A stretch of DNA of 64,000 nucleotides from positions 15,314,001 to 15,378,000 of the forward strand of contig JBHGNT010000013.1 of NCBI GenBank assembly GCA_043228905.1, read 5' to 3'. Position 1 is the stretch's first letter. The number at the start of each line of letters is the position of its first letter. A program made the translations under genes and the position numbers. Shown in pieces: positions 24,969 to 35,300 of this stretch. A model generated the notes under the pieces. That model worked only from the letters and a program-made list of their open reading frames with translations. It had not been told where the DNA came from and searched no databases. Origin of the DNA: Azolla caroliniana. Lineage: Eukaryota; Plantae; Polypodiophyta.

Positions 24969-27900
24969 TCACACACTCTCACGCGCATATCATACTAATC
25001 TTCCGCTGCTTAACGTAACCATATAATTAGTCTCTAATTAACCCTAGTTAATTACCTAATTACTTAACATGGTACCAGAGCGTGTGGTTTAGGAAATCCA
25101 CTAAGCCCACCGCTTATTCGTGATTGTGTGTTTGAGACGCCGACGACAAATCTTGGCTATTCGCTATCCGCTACTGTAGTGCCACTACGAAGGACGTGTA
25201 CGCGACCAAGAGAAGAAAAACAAAACGGAAGACACAACAATCAACATGAACAAACAAATGGGAAGCTCATTCCCTAGCGAAAAGCTAGACCGAAGAAACT
25301 ATTCATCTTGGGAGTACAAGATGAATCAATACCTTGTCGGCCAAGGGTATTGGAGCTACATCAACGGCGCACAAGAAAACAAACCCGAAACCACACACGC
25401 CAACTAGCCAACGTGGGAGCAAGGCGCGAGTCGGGTAATGTATTGCTTGGTAACATGTGTAAACGACCACATGCTTAGCCACATTCGTGACGCCAAGACG
25501 CCCAAAGAGGCGCGGGAAAATCTCAAGAAGATTTTCACCGCGGACACATCCGTGCGCAAGCTTCAACTCCGGCAAGAGTTGAACAACATACGACAAAATG
25601 AAATGTTCATGACGGAATACACCGCCAAGATCAAGAGCATTTGCGACTCTCTTGGCTCCATCAACGGTAACATCGACGAGGACGAGATGGTGCAAGTATG
25701 CTTGGGTGGCCTCGCACAACGATTCAACCCGTTGAGAATGGAAATCTTGGCGAGAGATACCCCTCCCTCGTTCTTCAACCTCCAATCAATGCTATTGGTT
25801 GAAGAAAACCACATTCAACCAAAGACCAACACATCGGAAGGACAAATGCTCTTCTCCGATACGGATGGTGCCCATAGACAAGGTCGACGCGGAAGAGGTC
25901 AATTCGACCTATCCCACGAAGGGAATTCACAATTTCGGCAAGGAAACGGAAGCCCTCGAGGAACCTTCACAAGAAGGGGGAGCTTCCATGCCGAACAAGG
26001 TCGGCGAACGACGCCACCTACGTGCAACTATTGTGGCAAAATCGGCCATCGCGAAGAGGAGTGCCGAAAAAGACGAAGCGAGTCAGCCTCGACAAGCCGA
26101 CAACTCACAAATTACGTTGCGAACGCGGAATACGCGGACTACGACGGACTTTAGCGAACTCTATGATGGCCTCCAATCCCGCAAACTCTGCAAGCACCTC
26201 CAACTCCGAACACTCGTGGTTCGTAGACTCCGGCGCCTCGCACCACATGACGTCGCACCAAGAGTGGTTTTGCGACTTGCGAACGCCGGATCGACCCGAC
26301 TACATAGAGACTGGAGACGACACTCCGCATCCCATTGGGCACATCGGCGATGTCCCATTCGGGAAAGAAGGGGAGCAAACTTGCATCAAGAATGTCTTGC
26401 ACGTGCCCACAATAACAAAGAATTTGGTCTCGGTCGGCCAAATCGTGGAGCAAGGCATGCAAGTCCGCTTCAACAATGAAGGTTGCTTCATCGAGAAAGA
26501 CGACCGACTCATAGCCAAGGGACGGAGAGATGGTCGCTTGTTCATCCTCGACTCGAACAAGGTAAAATCGGCCATGTACGCCTAAGGTCTCAAGACCGAG
26601 ACAAACATCGAGTTGTGGCACAAGCGAATCGACCACGTAAACCTCAAACGGCTTCGCGAAATGCAATCAAAGGGAGTCGTAATCGGACTTCCAGCCTTCG
26701 AATCGAAATGAGTCGACCGAGTGTGCGAAGCATGCCAACTCGGCAAACAACATAGACTCCCATTCCCGAAGGAGAGCTCTGCAAGCAAAGGCCTCCTTGA
26801 CATAATCCACTCGGACGTATGGGGACCGGCTCAAACGCCGACGCTCAGCGGATGCCGCTACTACGTCACCTTCATCGACGACCACTCGCGCTACGCGTGG
26901 ATATACCCGATGAAGAAGAAGAGTGAAGTGCTCTCTCACTTTCAAAGGCTCAAAAGCCAAGTGGAGAAAGAAACCGGTCGGCACATTCAATGCCTACGAT
27001 CGGACGGAGGAAAGGAGTACTTCTTCGACGAGTTCACCTCCTACCTCCAAGGTGAAGGCATTCGTAGAGAATTCTCATGTCGACACACTCCCCAACAAAA
27101 CGGGGTAGCCGAGAGAAAGAATCGGCAAATACTCGAGGTAGCACGCGCCATGATGTGTGAGAAGCATATGCCGAACTTCTATTGGGCAGAAGCGGCATCC
27201 ACAACCGTCTATCTCATGAATCGATGCACCACAAATAGCGTGCACGAGCTTACTCCATACGAGATCTTTGTTGGAAGGAAGCCCATCCTCTCGCACCTCA
27301 AGATGTTCGGAAGCATTGCGAATGTACGCATCCCAAACGAAAGTCGAGAGAAGCCCGATGCGAAGTCGGAAGAATGTATCCTCATAGGATACTTGTCCGT
27401 GAAAAAGGCGTACAAGTGCTTCAACCCTTCGACCCGAGAGGTGCGGATAAGTCGCGACGTCGTTTTCGACGAATCAGCATCTTGGTATAAGCTCAATGCG
27501 ACTCCATCTGACCCGATCGAGGAAGAGTTGAACGCCAACTCGGCCAAGTCCTCCACCGAAGGACAATCCAAGCTCTACTGAGCTAATTGGCCCACAAGAG
27601 CCTCCACGCGATGAAAACACGTTGCGGCCAAGTCTGACATCGGACAAAGGCAAAGGTAAGATGCCCGAATACGAAGTCAAGGTCCACCCCGACGACCGTG
27701 ATTCGGATGATTGGGCTCGCTCACTAGACAGTGAGTTCGGTGTACCCATCATGAGGACACCCGAAGTAAAGAAGGCACTCACATTGACAAACGAGAAACT
27801 CCGCCGCTCATCACGAGCGAAGACCCAAGTCACTCGTTACGCCTACAACGAGTATATGGCTCATCACTATGCCCTCGCGATGAAGGTAGTGGCCGAACAA

Positions 27901-28601
27901 GAGCCCGAGGATCCAAGCCTTCGTCACAGGCTTGAAGGGGAGAACAAAGCCGCGGAGAACCGCACAACGAAGCCGCGAAGCCGCGAAGAAAGCCGCACAA
28001 TGCCGCGCAACAAAGCCGCGGAGAACCACGCAACGAAGCCGCGAAGACGCGAAGAAAGCCGCGCAACGCTGTGCAACGCCACACTGATGCCGACGAATCC
28101 GAAGGAAGCTAAACCGGACGTTGGACGCCTCACACTTGAGCTTGAGGGGGCGTGTTGAGATATCAAGCTCAACTAGTTTAATCTAGTTAGTCAACACATG
28201 TAACTTAGTAGTTACCTAGATCAAATCTAGTTAATGTATTGACCTTAAGCCTTTAAATAGGACCTTGTACTTAAATGGGATATTCTAGATCCTCCACTCC
28301 TTAGTACATTGAATGTAGGACTTACACATAAGTACCTATGTTCTACCCACACATGTGCACCTTTGCACATGGGTTGTATATATACTTCATTGTGGGTATT
28401 TTTGTATGTTGATGACACTTTTCAATATAGCCAATCATCCCCCATTTATCTTTGTGTTAAAGTGTAACTTCCTCTCTCTCTCTCTCTCTCTCTCTTCCTC
28501 TCACACACTCTCACGCGCATATCATACTAATCTTCCGCTGCTTAACGTAACCATATAATTAGTCTCTAATTAACCCTAGTTAATTACCTAATTACTTAAC
28601 A
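24607..28601 (+). mobile_element. Ty1/copia deletion derivative lacking RT and RNase H
   Basis: LTRs 24607-25069 and 28153-28601 (TGTTGAGA...TTAACA). 5-bp TSD GAAAG. PBS TGGTACCAGAGC. PPT GAGGGGGCG. gag, PR and INT are present but no RT motifs. Confidence 0.95.
25246..27910 (+). pseudogene. Copia gag-PR-INT, disrupted and truncated before RT
   Basis: EKLDRRNYSSWEYKM gag start, CNYCGKIGHREEEC knuckle, WFVDSGASHH protease, LWHKRI, HSDVWGP and QQNGVAER integrase. Several stops; homology ends at EQEPE. Confidence 0.92.
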
Positions 28602-28811
28602 GAAAGCAATTCTAGGCTTTTGCATTGTTGCACGAAATTGCTCTTTGTCGTTGTGGAACCACTTTTTGTAGATGCTACGTTTCCCGATGCGTGGTTGTGT
28701 GCTCTAGATTTAGAATCTTGCTAGCCACTACGTGGTATTAATGCCACGCGTCGGGAACAATCAGTACTTGCTTTTCTTGAACTTCGTGTATGCACATGCA
28801 CTTTAAATAGT

Positions 28812-30170
28812 TGTTAGGAATATGTCCTTGCTGTGGGAGGAGCCGACTATTCAGTTGAGTAAGAACCGACAATCGAAGACAAGGAGTAGACGATTGGTTT
28901 GGTTGAGTGCTGACAGTCGATGACATGGAGGGTCAACTTAGAGAGAGTCAACAGTAGATGATCCAAGTTGAGGACAAGACTGACTAGTCGGGCCGACCGG
29001 ATAGTCGACGACAAGGCCGATTGGACAATCAACACAGGAGTCGGCTAGTCGAATCAATTAGTTGAACAGTCGGCTGATTAACTACTACTGTTATTACTAT
29101 AATAGTAGTTAATAATAATAGTAGGGACTACATTTGTAAATAACCCATATGGTGTATAAGTGTAAATACAGTTAGGGCAAAACATAGTGTAGAACAGAAA
29201 GAACAGAATAATGTAGAACAATGTGAAGAGTTGTGTAGAGAGTGGGTGATAGAGAGAGAGCGGCTGTAGAGTTGAGTGAACTTGCCAAGAACCCTAAGTG
29301 GTTTTCCTCTAAGTATTAGAGAAGAGTTGTAACTGTTTTCTTGTATTCTTTGTTGTATAGTGGATCTTTGTCCTGTGGTTTTTCTTGTTTAGGGTTTTCC
29401 ACGTAAAATTGTGTACTATGCATACTTCATCCATTTGCTATTTTCTGTTTCTGCATTGTGTATTTCTGCATAGTCATCTCACAGATCTACAATCCCATCT
29501 CTTCAAACTGGTATCAGAGCGACAAATGCAAAGATGGAAGGAATTGTGAGTGGATGTCCATGAATGATGGTCCTAAACTTGCACAACTACGCAGATTGGA
29601 AGATCAAGATGGAAGATCTTCTCATCATCAAAGATCTGTACGAGCCCATCAACAGAGAGCAAATACCTAGGGGGGTATTGGAGTTTGAATGGAAATTCTT
29701 CAATAGGAAGGCAGTGACCATCATCAAATAGTGCATAGGTGTCAGTGTCCTTAAACATGTGGAGAATGACACAAATGCTTACAAGATGTGGCAGAAGTTG
29801 CTAGAGCTCTACGAGAGGAAGAATGCCCTCAACTAGATGTCTTTGATGAGAAAGATAGTCAGACTGAAGTACAAGGACAGAGGAAGCATAGTGGAACACA
29901 TCAACACATTCATGGGGCTAGTAAACCAACTTGCGGCAACCAAGTTTCCCCTTGATGATGCTATGTAGGCCCTCTGGTTGATGTGTACCCTGCCTGACAG
30001 CTGGGAGAATCTGGTGGTGACTCTCAACACCTCGTGTCAAGAAGAAAACCTATCTCTACAAGTGGTAAAGACAAGCATCTTGAACGAGGAGACAAGAAGG
30101 AAGGACAAGGGTGTCCTATCCTAGTCGGAGTCAAAATTGACTCAACATCCTGACAAAGGAAGGAACAATC
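28812..30170 (+). mobile_element. Truncated copia element: 5' LTR (28812-29505), PBS and decayed gag
   Basis: TGTTAGG...CTTCA LTR, PBS TGGTATCAGAGC at 29509-29520, gag NYADWKIKMEDLL...LPDSWENLVVTL with in-frame stops. No 3' part. Confidence 0.85.
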
Positions 30171-30987
30171 TGTGTATTGAATAAAATTTCTTTAGTCAAC
30201 GAGCCTTCAAGTGAAAGGACTTTTCCCAACTTGGATTCAGCAACGTTTAGTTGGTTGCAGGTTGGAGGGTGGTTTGAATCGTATGATCTTGAATTCTGAT
30301 CGAATTTTCGTCCGTTTCCCTTCTTATTTAACGTCCAAGAGTAGGCAATGCTGAGGCCACCCTTCCTGCAATGTGTGCAATACGCATTTGACCCTTTGTC
30401 CCGCGACTTTGATTGTTATTAGTCATTTTCCCTCCTCGGCCCGCTTTGATTGCGACTAGTTCTTTGAGCCGTTCCCTTGGAGAAGTGTGCTTCAGCATTG
30501 AAACTCTTTTGATTAGACCTACCCGATTGCTTTGTCGAGCTGTTCGTGACGGTGTTGCAGTTTTCCGCGCTTGCAGGTCGGATTAGGTGGGACCACGGGG
30601 GTCCCGGACCAAGGAGTCGGAGGTTGGAGGTCTTGTGCTATGCCGACTTCGGCTTTCTACTAGATTGGTTCGGCTCGGTTTACTTGGCTTGGTCGGCCGA
30701 TTCGAGTATGGCCGATCAACCCTATCCGATCGGGTCGACTCGTCCGGACCCTCGTGTGTTGACCTGCTAAGTGGTTGGTCAACACCTACAACGCTTTGTT
30801 CCCATTGACCGAAATGACAATACACGGAGGAGGCAGCGGCACAAACGCGCTCTCCACCAAGTTCCCGGGGAAGTAAGCAGAGTGTTCAGCCACGTAGATG
30901 GCGACCTTACAAGCTTACAACGACGTGTGCGGGCTGAGGCTTGACCTAAACCGGACCTCAGGATGGATAGCAAATGGGGTAGCTACA
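30171..30987. mobile_element. Possible LTR fragment of another retroelement
   Basis: TG start directly at the gag truncation point and a GGGGTAGCTACA end typical of LTR termini. No TSD found. Confidence 0.35.
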
Positions 30988-31029
30988 ATGAACGAGGGTC
31001 TCTGGTAGATGCAATGACTTTGCCTTATG

Positions 31030-32030
31030 ACGAAAGGGGTATGAGAGCGCTCAAGAAAACATAGAGAGGAGTAAAAGAAAGAGAAACCCAAACAATGGTA
31101 AAGGTTCCTTCAGTAAAATAGAGAACAATATATTAACAGAAACAACTCCTATACAACAGAGAACAGTTAGTAGCCATGCCAACTTTAAGAAAAAACTGAC
31201 AATCCCCCAAAAACGACCAACCCCTCAACAAACATCAACCCTCCCCTTTTACAACCCTTTTGGAGAAAGGGGAGCATCATTAAAATGAGAAGGCTTTCAA
31301 ATTCATCCCCTCAAATTCTCTCCTTGCTTTCCTCACTCGTCTCTCACTTTCACCTCATAAGTGCGAACCTAAGTACATACTACTATTCTCTTTTAGTGCA
31401 CCTTTTCACACTTTACATTTCGTATCTACTTTTTCTAACATGTAGGTGCACAAATATTCCTTTGTATGTACACATTTACAGATGTCCAATTTACCCCCTT
31501 TTGTAGATTTTCTCGCCGTTGTCGGAAATCTTCATGAGAATAGTCATGTAGAAGACTTCCTAGTTTTTCAAGAGGCTTGGGAGAAGGGCAAGGGCTTTGA
31601 TTTCTTCTTCAAAGTTCAAGCTGTGGATGTGGGAGGTAGTCGGTTCCGTCTCTCTCATCTTCATATTGAACAATTGCCAAATTAGGATTAGTTTTGATGA
31701 GTTGGACTTTTTCTCATAAACAGATTGTAGTTTCTTGCACAGGGCGTAAGTGGCCGTCTCCTTGGCCATACTAAAGTAGGGGTTTTTGGCCAAGGGCCTC
31801 CGAATGGTTGATCTTGCTATTACGTCCCTTGTAACCGCCATTTGTCGGCTATCATCGATGCCGGCTTGACGTCGTGCCTGATTGCCTCGATTTGGCGTCG
31901 GATGATCAGCACGTCTTGCATCATCTCCTTCCAGAGGGCAAAATTTCTGCCGACGAATTTCCTAATCTCACAACGGGTGGCGCGGTTATCAAAGCCATCA
32001 TTCTTGTGGAATTGAGTACCTGACAACGGC
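31030..32030 (-). mobile_element. Internally deleted copia remnant: gag fragment, PPT and 3' LTR
   Basis: KFVGRNFALWKEMMQDVL and LQSVYEKKSNSSKLILIWQLFNMKM gag motifs, followed by PPT-like AAAAGGGGG near 31495 and an LTR-like tract. Boundaries approximate. Confidence 0.72.
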
Positions 32031-32165
32031 AATGAGCCGGTGCCGGATGTCGAGAGGAGAGAGGGAGGAGGCAACGGCAACAAGCCGAGCCGAGCCGAGC
32101 CGAGACGTGTACAGATCATGTGTTGTTCAGGGTGTGCCAAACCTTAGTTGGCACACTGGCACACT

Positions 32166-32175
32166 GACACGTGGC
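32166..32175 (+). promoter_or_regulatory. G-box/ABRE (GACACGTGGC) upstream of the activase-like gene
   Basis: Exact motif about 160 bp upstream of the ATG, next to a (GA)n tract. Function inferred. Confidence 0.45.
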
Positions 32176-32180
32176 ATCTC

Positions 32181-32230
<50 letters not shown>

Positions 32231-32332
32231 AGAAGAAGAAGAGTGGGGTGTGGGCAATTCATGATATGGTGGAATTAACCAGAGACACAGACAGACAGAC
32301 CAGAGAGACAGAGAAGAGAGAAGCGGAGCCGA

Positions 32333-35300
32333 ATGACGCCGATGATCATGCAGATGGATCATGGCCTCCGTTTCCATCTTTCCCATCATTCATTCCCATG
32401 CGCAGGCCAATCTGTGCTCCTCCCTCCTCACGCAACCCTAAGAAGACATGGAAACATCCTTCCACAGCTCATCTCACCCCCATTCTCGTCAAGATTAACC
32501 TCTAGCTCTCTGTTCGAGTTCGCTTCTGCACGAATCCTCAATGTTCGCTCTTCGTCTTCGGAGAATGATGGTGCATATGCGAAACAGCAAGAACAAGGAG
32601 ACGGAAAAGAAGGGAACGATGATGAAGAAGCAGAGGAAGGAGAAGAAAAGAAGGACGGAGAAGGTAACCCTAATTCTGGAGGTAAAACTCGTCCCAAAGA
32701 GTTCAGGTCTTCATGGGATGCTAAGGATTCTCAAGGAAACGATTATCTCTTCACCCTCGGTCAGGAATCGGCCAACATGAACATTAGTGTGGGAGCTCGC
32801 CAAGGCGTCGTTGATGATCTTTTCGTTGGAAATTTCCTTGGAAAAGATGGTATTCATTGTTTCTATTATCATCGTCTTGAAAAGTCAGTTTCTTTTTGCT
32901 GATTATAAAAAATGCGGCATATATGCATGTAATTTTTTGCTTTAGGTTTATTTCTGACGTGTCTGTTGATACAGCCAGTATTTTGCATGTTTTTTTCTCT
33001 CTTTTCATTACTGATGATAATTTGATATACACGTGTGTGATTTCTTGAGGCTCATGTTCCGATTTAATGTTGTATATGATTAGTTTCATAGTATTACTAA
33101 TCCCATTTATCTTTCATGTTCTGATTTAACAATGTCGTCAATGGAACCAGTTTTTTGTTATGGAATTTTTCAATATAGTACTATTACTATTCCATCCTCA
33201 TGTTCTGATTCAATAATGTTGTCAATATAGCAGCCATTTTGTATGACTAGCTAGCTTCATAGACCTTCAAATCTGGCACGTTTTATGTTCTGAGTGAACA
33301 ATGCTGTCAATATAGCAAGTATTTCAGATGATGTTTTCTATATAGTATTACTAATCCCACTTATTTTCATGTTGCAATCAATCTTATTATCAATATGACG
33401 AGCATTTTGTATGCTTTTCTTGGCATAGTTCCACTAATCCTGTCAATTTTCTTTTGGACAGCCGATATAGTTTTCGCATATAGGCAAAAAGTTACAAGGT
33501 CGTTTGAGCATCTACAAGGGGATTACTATATAGCACCAGCATTTATGGTATGCTACAACCTCCTTTTGTTATTCACAATCCCATAGAAAAAGAGAGGATA
33601 ATTGTAAGAGAAAAAGGGTTGGTTTCATATGGATAATTGTTTCCAATATGTGCATTTTGTTTCAATTGAATGTGGTTTTGCATGACAACCATTCTTCTTG
33701 TCAACAAACTATAGGTATAACATTCAAAATTTTCCTAACCTTCACTTCTTAAGTGCATTCATATGAACAAACTGACCACTTTCGTTTGTGTTCTTCTAGG
33801 AAAAGATTGGTATGTAGCACCTCCCTTCACCTCTTCAAGTATCTTTATCCTGGTGGAACTTTATAGAAGTCTTCTTGTATTACATTTCCATTCTTTCTAC
33901 TTATTAACTCCATGTTTTTTCTAAGGGCATGATGTTGCTTTAATCCGTTTTAGTTGTTCATATTGCGAAGAATTACATTGCTCACCAGCTAGATTCACGA
34001 GTTCCCCTTATTCTTGGTAAATTTTCTTTTCTTCTGACCTTCTATGCGATCTGAGTGCATGCATATGGATAAAATGAAGCAAATTAGTGAAAACTCGAAA
34101 TGCTCCCATCCCCATATGAGGTATAAGCTTTAAACTTGGATTTTCTAATTTAATGTTTATGTTATACCCCTTCTTAAACATAGACAATTATCGTTCTTTT
34201 TCAACAAATTCTTGTTTTGATGTAACTTTGTTAATAATTTTATCTGATGGGTTAATGAAAACTTGTGTGCTGTAAGTGATATGCCGTCAAAGCTTAATTT
34301 CACTTACTTTGTTAAAAGGCTGTTTTAGTTATTTGATAATCTATATTACAGGAATATGGGGCGGAAAAGGTCAAGGTAAATCATTTCAAACAGAACTCAT
34401 TTTCAAGGCTATGAAGCTTGAACCTGTAATAATGTCTGCTGGAGAGCTTGAATCAGAATGGGCTGGTATGTATGAAGTCAGGTTTTAACTATACATTTAA
34501 TCTTGCTAGATTTTAAAGATTGTAACAAAGATATTAGTCTTTGTGAATGGCGAAAACTATGTTTTTGTATGTAATTATTCCTCCCATTTTCTGATAATGT
34601 CAAACCTTATGCTCTTTTCCTAGTACCCGTGTCTTCATTTATGACCGTTTTACCCCTTAGTATAGGAAATTTCATGCCTGATACTATTGAATCAGGTATG
34701 ATTTCTGAATCAAGGAAATCATATTCTGTTGGATGATGGTGGACTCCTGTGACCAGATTTTTGTATACATATATGTTTGCTTTGTATCATGTTCAATGAT
34801 ACCCTTGCAGTTGTAGGCTGTGGTGTAAATGGTTAAGACAGTCATGATTGGTCACAATTTAACAACTTTGTCCCTCTTTGTCTCTCAAATGTTTACTTCT
34901 AGTTTTTTGTATTTCTTTCAAATTTTAATTATTTCTACAACTTTTTACATTCTCATAGTTGACAATTCTAGCCGATTTCCAGAGAAAAATTAAGTCTTAT
35001 TTTGTTGTTTCCATTCTTTCATTGTTTGTCAATTTCAGAATAATTTTCATTCCTTTTTACTCATTGAGTCCTTATTGACACAATTTTTTGTAATGTATAA
35101 CCTCTGTTGAACGTTGTGGTATTATGTGCCAAGTTAAAATGTAAAGTAAAATGTTCTATGTAGGGGAACCTGGTAGACTTATAAGGGACCGATATCGTGC
35201 AGCTTCTCAGGTCATCAAGAATAGAGTATGGTTACTTCATGCTCATTTCAATCTATGCTATTTGTCTTATATAATGAGTCATTGCTAATGCATTCATCTT

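Noticed and set aside
13522-30987. One giant LTR element spanning the TG...CA termini at 13522, 22689, 24312, 28759 or 30987
   Set aside because: None of the pairings checked gave matching 5-bp TSDs or paired LTR sequence.
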